From positions 2,336,001-2,400,000 of the forward strand of contig OY776510.1 in assembly GCA_963675665.1 (NCBI GenBank): a stretch of 64,000 bases of DNA. The letters are read 5' to 3'. Under the pieces are notes generated by a model. It ran no database searches and had not been told where the DNA came from. It was given only the letters and a program-made list of their open reading frames with translations. A program made the position numbers and the translations under genes. This document shows, one piece after another, positions 37,882-47,754 of this stretch (the first letter of the stretch is position 1; each line of letters begins with the position of its first letter). This DNA comes from Spirochaetia bacterium (GTDB lineage Bacteria > Spirochaetota > Spirochaetia > UBA9216).

Positions 37882-38997
37882 ATGAAAATGAGTTTCAGCC
37901 GGCAAAATATTACGATTTTTACAAGTATACTCTCGGCAATACTGATATCCTGTTCAGGAATGAATCCCGACCCGCAGACGCAGGATACTCTTGTGTCAGG
38001 CGGCGGCACGCAGGATACAACATCCGATGCTCTTCCTGCTGGATATATTCCGTCAGGCTGGGTTGAACCTGTGCTTTTTTATAATCCGGATGAATATTTT
38101 CCCGCTGAGGTAACAGCTTATGTTCAGGCTCCCGGACAGTTTGCAAACGATTCGACTTACGGAATCAGCGGCAATACAGCCAAGCTTCTCGGGGTTCCTT
38201 CCGGAGGAGGTACGACGGCTCCCGACAACAGTTCCTTAATATCTCCGGGTATGGCAGGCGGTTCGGTGACGGTGAAATTTGAGCCGCCGATCGAGAATCA
38301 TGCCGACAATATCGGCGGTTATGATTTTATCGTTTTCGGAAATGCATACTGGTACGGCGGTAGCCCCTCAAACGGCTGCTGGCAGGAGCCGGGTGTTATC
38401 TGGGTAATGAAGGATCAGAACGGCAATTCGGATCCGGATGATACCTGGTACCTGATTCCGGGGTCACACCTGTCGGTTGCTGATTCGCCGCAGGATGTGA
38501 TTTACGATGATACTGATTCCGCTTATCCGCCGCCTGAAGACAAAAAATCCGCATGGTGGCCGGACGAAGTCTCTTCTCCTCTGACAATCAACGGCCAGAT
38601 GCTTCTGCCTGATGAGCTTTTCAGTTCAACCGGCGGCGGGGAAGCATGCTGGGGTTACGCCGACGTCACCCCGACATTGAAGCTGGGCGATATGTCGGGC
38701 GCTTCAGTTAGCAGCAGTACCGATAATTTGCTTAATGATGCTGAAGACTATCCCGAAATAGAGCCTGTTTATTTCTATACAACACCTGATACTCATGGCG
38801 ACGATAAAATTGATACGGGAACAGGCGGCGGCGACGCAATCGACATCAGCTGGGCCGTTGATCCTGATACCTTTATTTCAGCAGATCTGGATGAAATCAG
38901 CTGGATCAGGATTGCCGGGGCAACAACACTAACAGGCACTGTGGGTGAATTCTCTCCCGAGATTGACGGCGTTGCCAGGGTCAGGAGGACCGACTGA
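37882..38997 (+). CDS. Cell-surface lipoprotein resembling Bacteroidetes BtuH-type B12-binding proteins
   Basis: ILISC lipobox; YVQAPGQFAN, SPGMAGG, DFIVFGNA, EPGVIWVMKDQNGNSDPDDTWY, WGYAD, GGGDAIDISWAVD motifs of the Bacteroides cell-surface protein family. Confidence 0.7.
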   Translation: MKMSFSRQNITIFTSILSAILISCSGMNPDPQTQDTLVSGGGTQDTTSDALPAGYIPSGWVEPVLFYNPDEYFPAEVTAYVQAPGQFANDSTYGISGNTAKLLGVPSGGGTTAPDNSSLISPGMAGGSVTVKFEPPIENHADNIGGYDFIVFGNAYWYGGSPSNGCWQEPGVIWVMKDQNGNSDPDDTWYLIPGSHLSVADSPQDVIYDDTDSAYPPPEDKKSAWWPDEVSSPLTINGQMLLPDELFSSTGGGEACWGYADVTPTLKLGDMSGASVSSSTDNLLNDAEDYPEIEPVYFYTTPDTHGDDKIDTGTGGGDAIDISWAVDPDTFISADLDEISWIRIAGATTLTGTVGEFSPEIDGVARVRRTD

Positions 38998-41015
38998 TGA
39001 AAAAAATTACTTTCGTATTACTTTTGATACTATTTTCAGTTTTTATTACTTTTCTTCTGCCGGCGCAGGATCCCCGGGAACCGTCTGAAGCCGAAAAAAT
39101 CACCATAATTGCAGACTATGAACCTATGGATCCCGAAAATATATCGGCCCAGGTAACCGTAATAACATCCGATGAAATCAGGGCTGCAGCGCCCAGGACA
39201 GCTGCCGACATAATTGTGCCGGTGCTTGGGGTGCAGCTGAGCAGGTACGGCGGGGTTACGGCCCCTTCCGTTGTCTCAATACGGGGGTCTTCACCTGAGC
39301 AGGTGCTTGTTCTGGTGAACGGAAAGCGGTTGAACTCCGCCCAGGGCGGGGGCGTGGATTTCAACACAATAAACCCTGGTGATATTGAGCGCATCGAGAT
39401 TGTCCGGGGCGGCGGAAGCGCGCTGTTCGGAGAAAGCGCATTCGGCGGGGTAATAAACATAGTCACCAAAGACGGGTACGGAAAGGATCTGGACGGCTCA
39501 ATAGAATATGAGTTCGGTTCTTTTAATACCCATTCGGTGAGTGCTCAGGTTCTGGGAGGATTGGGAGAAACCAAAGCTTTTGATTATTTTCTGTCGGCGA
39601 AAGGAACATTTTCAGAGGGGACATATTCATATGAAGATGAACACGCCGAGGACGGAGAGAATCTCCGCGGGAATGCAGGAGGAATGTTAGGTGATTTATC
39701 CTTCAAGGCGGGCTGGGATATTGATAAAGAATCCGGTCTGAGGCTGTCTGTTTCCGGTCAGGGCCATGCTGATGAGAAGGGTGTTCCGGGCCTGACCGAA
39801 TTCCCGACTGAAACTGCTGAAATGAGCGATCAACGCTACCTTGGGCTGGTTACTTTTAATTATCTGGATAATCCGTTTGCCGGTATAACGCTTGATGTTT
39901 ACGGAGGCAGGCAGTACAGGCACTACACGGATCCCGCTTTTTACCTTGGCGCCGTGGATGATACCCATGACAATATTTCAGCAGGAGCAGATCTTTCACT
40001 TTCCAGGCAGGATGATTTATCGGCAGTTTTAACGGATACCTCGGCCGGGTACTCATACCGCCGTGATTACCTTGAATCTACCGGGCTTATTAAAACCGGG
40101 GGCGATGAAAGCGAGGGCAATGTTCAACGGCAGAGTCACAGCGCATTTTTCAGAAGCGAGTTCAATATTCTGCCTTTTAAAGATACAAAGACGGGACGGC
40201 TGATTTTATCCCCGTCAATCCGTTTTGACAGTCACAGGGTTGTTTACGCAGATGATGGTATTGATAAATTTGAATATGCCTTCAGCTGGAATGCCGGAGC
40301 GATGGTCCCCTTCTCCAGTGGAAAAGAGGTTATCCTGAAGGCAAATATCGGCACTGCATACCGGCTGCCGTCATTTGATGATCTGTTCTGGCCGGCTACG
40401 GCCTTCGCAGCCGGTAACCCGGGACTGCTGCCTGAAGAGGCTTTTATCTATGATATCGGGATTCTGATTCAGCCCTATGATTTCTTTTCTCTGGAACTTG
40501 TGCATTTCAGCCAGGACGTTACAAACCTTATTCAGTGGAACCCCGGGGCAAACGGACAATGGCAGCCGGAAAATATAGGAAAGGCCCTTCTTAACGGTTT
40601 TGAAGGGGAGGCAAAATTCCTGTTTCCGCTTTTTTGGGCTTCAGGCTACCTTGAAATGAAAGGAAACTATTCATATCTTTTTGCCAGGGATATGGTTGAA
40701 GGAAGTTCAACATACGGAAAACAGCTTCCGAGAAGGCCCTTCGAAAAAGGAAATGTGACAGGTACATTCAGCCATTTTGACGGACACAGCCTGCGGGTTG
40801 AAGGACGCTTTGTCGGTTTCAGGTATATCACGGCGCAGAATACAAAGTATCTGCCTTCCTGCTTCATTATAGACGCCGCAGGCCGTTTTCAATTTACTGA
40901 TTATCTTTCACTGACAGCATCATTGAAGAACCTTCTGAATGAATCCTATGTTGATATGAGAGAATATCCGGTGCCCGGACGGGAGTTCAGCATTGCCTGT
41001 TTGGTGAGTTTTTAG
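38997..41015 (+). CDS. btuB: TonB-dependent receptor, probable cobalamin transporter
   Basis: Plug SIRGSSPEQVLVLVNG, IERIEIVRGGGSALFG, GGVINIVT; NPGLLPE; C-terminal Phe; downstream of a cobalamin riboswitch. Confidence 0.88.
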   Translation: MKKITFVLLLILFSVFITFLLPAQDPREPSEAEKITIIADYEPMDPENISAQVTVITSDEIRAAAPRTAADIIVPVLGVQLSRYGGVTAPSVVSIRGSSPEQVLVLVNGKRLNSAQGGGVDFNTINPGDIERIEIVRGGGSALFGESAFGGVINIVTKDGYGKDLDGSIEYEFGSFNTHSVSAQVLGGLGETKAFDYFLSAKGTFSEGTYSYEDEHAEDGENLRGNAGGMLGDLSFKAGWDIDKESGLRLSVSGQGHADEKGVPGLTEFPTETAEMSDQRYLGLVTFNYLDNPFAGITLDVYGGRQYRHYTDPAFYLGAVDDTHDNISAGADLSLSRQDDLSAVLTDTSAGYSYRRDYLESTGLIKTGGDESEGNVQRQSHSAFFRSEFNILPFKDTKTGRLILSPSIRFDSHRVVYADDGIDKFEYAFSWNAGAMVPFSSGKEVILKANIGTAYRLPSFDDLFWPATAFAAGNPGLLPEEAFIYDIGILIQPYDFFSLELVHFSQDVTNLIQWNPGANGQWQPENIGKALLNGFEGEAKFLFPLFWASGYLEMKGNYSYLFARDMVEGSSTYGKQLPRRPFEKGNVTGTFSHFDGHSLRVEGRFVGFRYITAQNTKYLPSCFIIDAAGRFQFTDYLSLTASLKNLLNESYVDMREYPVPGREFSIACLVSF

Positions 41016-41021
41016 GTGGAA

Positions 41022-42098
41022 ATGATGAAGAAAAAAGTGGTTAAGTCCGCTGTTCTGCTGTCGGCTGTTTTTGTTGTATTTTCCTGTATGCGCGACCCGT
41101 ATGTTACGCCGTCCAGGCGTACTTTTCAGGACTTCGATAAAGAACTTTTTGTTATCAATACTCTTGCAGAAACTGTTTCGGTTATAAACGGTGATGACAC
41201 CAACGAGGTTTATTCTGATGTATTCACAACAGGAATGTGGCCGAACCATTGCCTTTTTCACAGGGGAAATATCTACTTCGTCAATTCGGGTGACAATAAT
41301 ATAACCGTTTACAACGAATCAACCTTTGAGTATTTGGGCGAGATTTATCTGGGCCCCGGTTCTAACCCCTGGATGGTAATTCAGAAAACCGGAACCGATA
41401 CAGCCTGGGTACCATGCTTTGCTTCAGGAGATATGGTCGTTGTCGATCTTGAATCACTTACTGCAGGGGACAGGATCCAGCTGGGAAACGGCCCCGAAGG
41501 CGGTACATATCAGGATGGAAAAGTCTATGTAGGCAATACCGCCTGGGACTACCAGTCTTTTGATTTCGGCGAGGGCACAGTCAGCGTTGTAGACGGCGGA
41601 ACAGGCGAACCGGTGAAAACCATAACCGTCGGAATAAATCCCCAGTCAGTTATACCGTTTCCTGATCTGCATGAAGTTCATGTTATATGCACCGGAAAAA
41701 ACGGCGGAGCAGGTTCGGACGACGGCAAAGTTATTGTCATAGATACATTGACTGATACGGTAACCGCTAATATTGAAATCGGCGGGTCTCCGGTGGGCGG
41801 CATCGGCGGAATAGACAGCATTGCAAACAGGGTTTATCTTTCAGGCGTCGGCGGCATCCTCTGCTATAACTATATAACAAAAGCCGTCATAAACGGTTCC
41901 GGAAATTATCTTCTTGAAGGACAGGACACGGACGGGGATTTTTTCTCCGGTCTGGTTGTAGATGAAGATTACCGGCGTCTTTATGTATGTTTCTTTTCGA
42001 ACGATTCGATTATTGAGATTGATCTTGAAAGTTTATCCCTTGTAAAGGAGATTGAAGGTTCAGATGGGCCGCAGTCTGTATATTTATACGAAGAATAA
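41022..42098 (+). CDS. YncE/BtuG-like beta-propeller lipoprotein
   Basis: VFSC lipobox; repeated blades (GSNPW, GNGPEG, GINPQS, GGSP, SDGPQS); adjacent to btuB. Confidence 0.8.
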   Translation: MMKKKVVKSAVLLSAVFVVFSCMRDPYVTPSRRTFQDFDKELFVINTLAETVSVINGDDTNEVYSDVFTTGMWPNHCLFHRGNIYFVNSGDNNITVYNESTFEYLGEIYLGPGSNPWMVIQKTGTDTAWVPCFASGDMVVVDLESLTAGDRIQLGNGPEGGTYQDGKVYVGNTAWDYQSFDFGEGTVSVVDGGTGEPVKTITVGINPQSVIPFPDLHEVHVICTGKNGGAGSDDGKVIVIDTLTDTVTANIEIGGSPVGGIGGIDSIANRVYLSGVGGILCYNYITKAVINGSGNYLLEGQDTDGDFFSGLVVDEDYRRLYVCFFSNDSIIEIDLESLSLVKEIEGSDGPQSVYLYEE

Positions 42099-42759
42099 AC
42101 TTCTTCTCTTTATAACGGCGTCTATTCTTATACACATAGGGATTTTCTCCGTCATAAAAATCAATCCCGGTTCGCAGGTTGAGGCGGAACCGATCCGTTA
42201 TACGGTAAATATGCGATCGATTAAAACTGAACCAATTGCCGTGAAATCTGAGCCTGAAGCGCCGCCGGATACACCTCGGCCGGAATCCCCCCCTGCCGAT
42301 CCTGTTATACAGGAAGCGGAAGTTCCGCCTGTAGAGGCTCCAGCGGAGGTTTCGGCACAGGCTCCTGCGCAGATTCAGACACCGTCCGTGAAATCCGTTT
42401 CTGAGGAAAGTCAGGCTGAAGCGGAAGCGGTGCCTGTTGTTGCGGAACAGGAAACTGTTGTGTCCCGGAACGACTCCGGTGTTATAAATTTTGAAGAACT
42501 TGATATTACAGGGGCAAAAATACCGAAACCCTCATACCCTGATATAGCGCGCCGCTGGGGACATGAGGGTACTGTGCTGATGGAGATAACCATTTCGGAA
42601 AACGGCGCTGTTTCCGATGCCGTAATCATTGAATCCAGCGGATACGCCGAGCTTGATAAAGCAGCACTGAAGGCTGTATTGAAAAAATGGAAATTTCCCG
42701 GGCAGGGAAGAGAAATTGTTACCCGGAAGGAGTTTGAGTTCAGGCTCAACAGGGATTAA
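42064..42759 (+). CDS. tonB: Energy transducer TonB
   Basis: TM with SILIH, Pro/Glu-rich linker, YPDIARRWGHEGTV...SSGYAELDKAA; start uncertain (42052 or 42064). Confidence 0.9.
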   Translation: MGRSLYIYTKNKLLLFITASILIHIGIFSVIKINPGSQVEAEPIRYTVNMRSIKTEPIAVKSEPEAPPDTPRPESPPADPVIQEAEVPPVEAPAEVSAQAPAQIQTPSVKSVSEESQAEAEAVPVVAEQETVVSRNDSGVINFEELDITGAKIPKPSYPDIARRWGHEGTVLMEITISENGAVSDAVIIESSGYAELDKAALKAVLKKWKFPGQGREIVTRKEFEFRLNRD

Positions 42760-42764
42760 TTTTT

Positions 42765-43733
42765 ATGAACGGGATCAAGCTGCAGGGAGTCTTTTTAATT
42801 TTGATATTTTTCTTTCACGGGTGCAGCGGGTATCAGAACCCTTCTACGGAAAGCGGCTTAACTCTTAATGCAACAGGGGCAGCCGATACGGATAATTCCG
42901 GGGATGATGACTGCAGCTGTGCAGAACTGACCCCGAAGTATGATCCGGAGCAGGACCCCAATAATGTTTATCTTGACATGTGCGTAGAAAGCGAATGGTT
43001 TCCGGGGATGGTGGGAGCTGAAAGGGCCGGCTGGCATGACGGCGGGGTAGCTGACGCCGATTGTGTTCCTGTTCAGAACAACGGGGCATTGGGTCCTCCC
43101 GGAGGGCTCGGAGCATATTCAAGCAGCGGAACATATACCTGTGTTGGAATAAACGGAAGTGCTGTCTGGCGTTTTAATGAAGATTATTATATCCATGACG
43201 GAGAAGGGGCTGATTTTGTCACATTCAGTTCCGTCTTTGCCTGGGGTTCTGTCTGTGACGGTCTCTGCTGCGAACTCTCCCATATCGAAGTATCCGAAGA
43301 TCTGGTTGAGTGGTATTACAACAGCGAAGAAGAATACGATGTTAACCCTGAACCTGATACCGACAACAGCGGGTACAGTTATTTCAATGTTAAAAATATG
43401 CATGGAAACAATCCTGTCTGGGCCAACAGTGAACTTAATGTTCAGGCCCAGGATATCGAAGAAATCAACGGGGTAAAAAAATGGGTGGACATTCCGGACG
43501 TATGTGTTTCCAGGTATTTCAAGCCCGGAGATCCGTATCTTGGAGGCGTCGAATTTGATCTTTCCGTGTTCAGATCAAAAGATGATGATTCACCCTGGCC
43601 TGCAGAAGGCCGGATGCGGTATTTAAGAATTATTGATGATTCGGAAATACTGGACGGACAGGATTATCTTAAAGACTGGTGCCTCGGGGCTAACATGATG
43701 TCGGCTATGGCCCTGAACTTTGCTCCACGATAA
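42765..43733 (+). CDS. Second cell-surface lipoprotein, distant relative of 37882-38997
   Basis: FHGC lipobox; ALGPPGG, VGINGS, DGEGADFVTF, IEVSED, GGVEFDLS, RYLRIID; Cys-rich. Confidence 0.65.
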   Translation: MNGIKLQGVFLILIFFFHGCSGYQNPSTESGLTLNATGAADTDNSGDDDCSCAELTPKYDPEQDPNNVYLDMCVESEWFPGMVGAERAGWHDGGVADADCVPVQNNGALGPPGGLGAYSSSGTYTCVGINGSAVWRFNEDYYIHDGEGADFVTFSSVFAWGSVCDGLCCELSHIEVSEDLVEWYYNSEEEYDVNPEPDTDNSGYSYFNVKNMHGNNPVWANSELNVQAQDIEEINGVKKWVDIPDVCVSRYFKPGDPYLGGVEFDLSVFRSKDDDSPWPAEGRMRYLRIIDDSEILDGQDYLKDWCLGANMMSAMALNFAPR

Positions 43734-44121
43734 AAGAAATGGTTGTGATGCCGGTCTTTCTGACAAGATCGGTTATTTCAATAACTGTTCCGAAGGACAG
43801 GTTTTTATCGCTCTGGATAAAAACCTCTTTAACTGCCTGCTGTTCCTTTATGCTGTTCAGTTCGGCGATTATTTCATCCTTCCTTAAAACCTTGTCGTTT
43901 AAAAGGATGGTTCCGTCCTTTTTAAGTGTAACTGTAAGTTCAACTTCAGGCTTATTGTCGCCGGTTTCAGCTTCAGGAAGATTAACTGTAATCGCGGGAA
44001 GCATCACTACCGAGGTCAGCAGGAAAAAGACCAGAAGGATAAAAACCATATCTATCATCGGGGTAAGATCAACGCTGTTCCGGCTGCCGGTGAGATCCTC
44101 TTCCTGGGAAAACCTGATCAT
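43705..44121 (-). CDS. exbD: Biopolymer transport protein ExbD
   Basis: DLTPMIDMVFILLVFF, VNLPEA, IQSDK. Confidence 0.93.
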   Translation of the reverse strand: MIRFSQEEDLTGSRNSVDLTPMIDMVFILLVFFLLTSVVMLPAITVNLPEAETGDNKPEVELTVTLKKDGTILLNDKVLRKDEIIAELNSIKEQQAVKEVFIQSDKNLSFGTVIEITDLVRKTGITTISFIVEQSSGP

Positions 44122-44723
44122 TTTTTCTCCTTCAGAATTGAAATGATTGACTCTGCATGGTCTTTCATTTCAAACGAAATCGATTTGATTTTGTTCTCGT
44201 ACAGGTGAAAAAAGATTATTGCCGGAATAGCTATGAAGAGTCCCGTAACGGTTGTAATCAGGGCTTCCCATATTCCGCCCGCAAGTTGCGACGGGTCCGC
44301 GGCGGTTTTTAATGAAGCTACTGTCTGAAAGGTTCCGGCAAGACCCAGAACTGTGCCCGAAAGCCCGACCATCGGGGATATTTTGCCTATTAGTTCCAGA
44401 AGGTGAAGATTTCCGGTAAGCATCTTCAGTTCCCTGGACCCGGCATGAGAAACAAGGGCTTCCAGTTCTTCTCTTGCCAGGTCCTGGTTTTTCAGGATTG
44501 TTTTTGCGATTTCAGGTACGGGCCCTTTCTGCATCCGGTATTCTTTCAGGGCGGAATCCGAACCGCTGCTTTTAAGAACGTTAAGAAGACTATCAAGTCT
44601 GGTTTCCGTAACCGATGATCTTCCGAGATAAACGCCGCGCTCAATTATTACTGCGATTGACAATACCGAGAAGAACAGCAGGGGGAACATCAGCGGTCCC
44701 CCTTTTAAAAACATTTCAACCAT
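44118..44723 (-). CDS. exbB: MotA/TolQ/ExbB proton channel protein
   Basis: GGPLMFPL, SPMVGLSGTVLG, AGGIWEALITTVTGL. Confidence 0.93.
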   Translation of the reverse strand: MVEMFLKGGPLMFPLLFFSVLSIAVIIERGVYLGRSSVTETRLDSLLNVLKSSGSDSALKEYRMQKGPVPEIAKTILKNQDLAREELEALVSHAGSRELKMLTGNLHLLELIGKISPMVGLSGTVLGLAGTFQTVASLKTAADPSQLAGGIWEALITTVTGLFIAIPAIIFFHLYENKIKSISFEMKDHAESIISILKEKK

Positions 44724-44766
44724 ATAATTTTATAATATCATACCGAAAATCAGTCAACCGCCGGGT

Positions 44767-45747
44767 CTATTTCTTTACGATTTCAACTCTCCGGTTTTTA
44801 GCCGCGCCTTCGGCAGTATCATTTGAAGCAAGTGGACAGAGCGCTCCGACTCCGTGGGCTTCAAGCTGATCAGCGTCCACGCCGTATGAGTCGACAAGTC
44901 GCTTAATAACTGCTTGCGCTCTCTGTTTCGAAAGCTCAAGCCCCTCTTCAAAATCGCCAATTCCGGCAGCGTGCCCGACAATGAAGTATTTTTTATCGGG
45001 ATTATCATTGAAGAAATCGGCGATATTGGCAATGGCTGCTTCAGATTCGGTTTTTATGGTTGCTTTGTCCCCGTCAAAACGTATGTCGTATATAGCAATA
45101 TGGCCCGAGGCCGAAATATCGTCGGCAATACTTGCCGCGGAAACCAGCCCCGTTTCTACTGCCTCAACTTCAATAATATCCTGCGTAATAAGAGTATAGT
45201 TTTCTGTTTCAATCGCGTAGATTACTGCGTAGATATCTTTTCCGCTGTCATGACCTCTGGCGGCGATAAAACAGTGATTGTTCTGCCATGTGGGAAAACC
45301 GATTCCAAGGCCGAATTTCGAATTATTAAGCCCGTTATAGTATCCGCCTGCGTCATAATACTTTGCATGCCATGTATGAGGTCTGTCGGCAAAACCCAGC
45401 TCTTCGTCAGCCAGGGCAATCAATACCTCAAATCCGGCATTTTTAAATGCTGATTTATAATTATGAAGAACAAATGCTGAATTGTTGTCGGGAGAGGCCG
45501 TATACTGTGTTCGGATAACCCGGCCCTCAAGCGACATCGGGTTGTTCCAGTCTATGGTGCCGTTTTTTCCTACGGGCAGCAGGTACTTGTTCCATTTGGT
45601 TTCCTTGTAGAACTCGATAACAGATCCTTCAAATCTTGAGAGCAGCGGATAATCCTTTCCGCCCTCGATATCTTCAGTGCGTTGAGCATAAATCGGGGTC
45701 AGGAGTATAATTGCCACTGAAATTGATAATAAAACGATTTTTTTCAT
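44767..45747 (-). CDS. OmpA-family protein with DUF4892-like N-terminal domain
   Basis: DIEGGKDYPLLSRFEGS N-terminus; LSKQRAQAV...GVGALCP...KNRRVEIV OmpA_C. Confidence 0.88.
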   Translation of the reverse strand: MKKIVLLSISVAIILLTPIYAQRTEDIEGGKDYPLLSRFEGSVIEFYKETKWNKYLLPVGKNGTIDWNNPMSLEGRVIRTQYTASPDNNSAFVLHNYKSAFKNAGFEVLIALADEELGFADRPHTWHAKYYDAGGYYNGLNNSKFGLGIGFPTWQNNHCFIAARGHDSGKDIYAVIYAIETENYTLITQDIIEVEAVETGLVSAASIADDISASGHIAIYDIRFDGDKATIKTESEAAIANIADFFNDNPDKKYFIVGHAAGIGDFEEGLELSKQRAQAVIKRLVDSYGVDADQLEAHGVGALCPLASNDTAEGAAKNRRVEIVKK

Positions 45748-45909
45748 AATAATTTCTCCTATAAAATTGCTCTTCTCTGATTATACCAGAGTTTGTCAGG
45801 TTTTTCATGTTTATGCGGGACGGTAAAATATTGTGTTTATCCGAATTAACTCTTGACTTGTGAAATGATTTTAAATATATTAAAAACGATATATAGGAGA
45901 AATCTCTTT

Positions 45910-46992
45910 ATGAAAAATGAAAAGCAGAAAGGGTTCAGTCTGGAATCATTTGTTCCGTCCTGGCCTTCTTTGGTTATGGGAACAGGAATAATTCCCGTAG
46001 CCCTATCTTTGGGAAGCATAAAAATATTATTTTTCATACCGCTGGCCGCGGCTTTCTCATTACTTAGTGCAGTGTTCCTGATTGTAATTACGGTTTTATG
46101 GCTGATGCGGCTTACAAGATATAGAAAGAAATTCATTCAGGAGCTGCATCATCCTGTTTCCGGGAGCTTCATTCCGACGATGCCCATCTCGTTCATGATA
46201 ATCGGAATCAATTTTACCGTTATTGCTCCGCGTTATATCGGACTTCAGGCATCATTAATAACGGCTCAGGTGCTTTTCCTGGCAGGAACAGCAGGGATAT
46301 ACCTGTTAAGCTGGCTCATTATGCCTGCTCTTTTCCGGAACAGTAATGTCCAGGAGATACACGGTACATTCGGATGGTATATCCCTCCGGTTTCACACCT
46401 GATTGTACCGGTTTTGGGTCTGGAACTGATAAGCAAGCTTAACGGCGGGGGGCTAAGCGATTTCTACATGACAATATCACTGGTCAGCTCCGGAATTGGG
46501 TTCTTTCTTTTTCTGTTCATCGGCTCAAATGTCTTTTACAGATATCTTTATAAATCTTCACCCGTCGGGAAAATGGCGCCGACGCTTTTTATCGGTCTGG
46601 CACCGACCAGTATTTTGCTTATTATTCTCGTAAAACTAAATGCAGCACTTAAAGTCCTTCCTGATTTTAGCGGCTCCGCAGAGTTGAGCGGATTAATCAG
46701 AATCGCAGGTTTATCATTATGGGGTTTTTCCTTATGGTGGATTGTTCTTTCGGTGATCAAGATCATTGGAGCGCTGAAAAGAAAAGAGCTCGGGTTTGTT
46801 CTCAGCTGGTGGGCCTTTACATTTCCTGCAGGCGCTTTCGCGGTTGCCACCGGCGCATTGAATCACTTCATGCACAGGGACTGGCTTGCTTATTTCCAGA
46901 TCGGGGTGACGGTATTTCTGATTTTAATCTGGATATACGTGATTGTGAAGACTATTTCAGGTATTTCGGACAGAACTATATTTGACGAATAA
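45910..46992 (+). CDS. TDT/SLAC1-family (tellurite resistance/C4-dicarboxylate) transporter
   Basis: PSWPSLVMGTG, GWYIPPVS, LSWWAFTFPAG motifs; about 10 TM. Confidence 0.88.
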   Translation: MKNEKQKGFSLESFVPSWPSLVMGTGIIPVALSLGSIKILFFIPLAAAFSLLSAVFLIVITVLWLMRLTRYRKKFIQELHHPVSGSFIPTMPISFMIIGINFTVIAPRYIGLQASLITAQVLFLAGTAGIYLLSWLIMPALFRNSNVQEIHGTFGWYIPPVSHLIVPVLGLELISKLNGGGLSDFYMTISLVSSGIGFFLFLFIGSNVFYRYLYKSSPVGKMAPTLFIGLAPTSILLIILVKLNAALKVLPDFSGSAELSGLIRIAGLSLWGFSLWWIVLSVIKIIGALKRKELGFVLSWWAFTFPAGAFAVATGALNHFMHRDWLAYFQIGVTVFLILIWIYVIVKTISGISDRTIFDE

Positions 46993-46998
46993 ACATGA

Positions 46999-47751
46999 TT
47001 AAAGAATTAACGGTATTATCGCTTTCCTTTTAACGGGATAGTCGGGAAAGGTTTGCCGGTACCATTTCAGATTGGAGTAAGCGCGGGGTATCAGGTTTGC
47101 CGCGGTAAAACACATAAATGCAGCCCCGGCGGGTGACCATGTCATGACAGCCCATCCTGTCCATTCAAGGAGTTCTCCCAGGTAATGCGGGCTGCATACA
47201 TACCTGAAAAGTCCCTGTTCCGGTATTTTATAACCGGATTCTCCGGGAACTCTCAGATTTCTGAGAATGTGATCTGATCGCATGTTAATAAAGAAGCCGC
47301 CAGTGAAAATTGCAGCCCCCGATATAAACCGTAACGAGATAATTGCCGGCGTGCCGTAATCATGAAGACTGAATATTCCGAATCCGTTGATAAAACCGTT
47401 TAACAGGTTGAAGACGGTCGAAAACAGAATAATCAGAATCGGCATTTTATGTGAGCCCCTGTTCATCAGGGCGGGGTAGATGAATGTCCGCTGGATATAG
47501 TGAACTTCCCAGATTATGATGAATATGATACTCAGCATATTCGTCGGCTGTCCGGAGAATATGAAAAATGCCGCCGGCAGGGCTACCGCGGGCAGCTCCA
47601 TGAAAAACCAGGCTAACGGAGCTCTGACGGCAGGGCCCCAGCCTGATTTCGCAAATTTACCGTACGGAGCCCGTACGAAAAACAGGAGAATGAAAACAGG
47701 CGCGGCAATAAGGAGCTCAACAGAAAGAAAGATTCTGTAAAAAGTATTCAT
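46999..47751 (-). CDS. 3-oxo-5-alpha-steroid 4-dehydrogenase (steroid 5-alpha-reductase) family protein
   Basis: APYGK, AWFFMELP, HYIQRTFIYP, YKIPEQGLFRYVCSPHYLGELLEWTGWA, ANLIPRA, RKAIIP. Confidence 0.9.
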   Translation of the reverse strand: MNTFYRIFLSVELLIAAPVFILLFFVRAPYGKFAKSGWGPAVRAPLAWFFMELPAVALPAAFFIFSGQPTNMLSIIFIIIWEVHYIQRTFIYPALMNRGSHKMPILIILFSTVFNLLNGFINGFGIFSLHDYGTPAIISLRFISGAAIFTGGFFINMRSDHILRNLRVPGESGYKIPEQGLFRYVCSPHYLGELLEWTGWAVMTWSPAGAAFMCFTAANLIPRAYSNLKWYRQTFPDYPVKRKAIIPLIL

Positions 47752-47754
47752 CGG

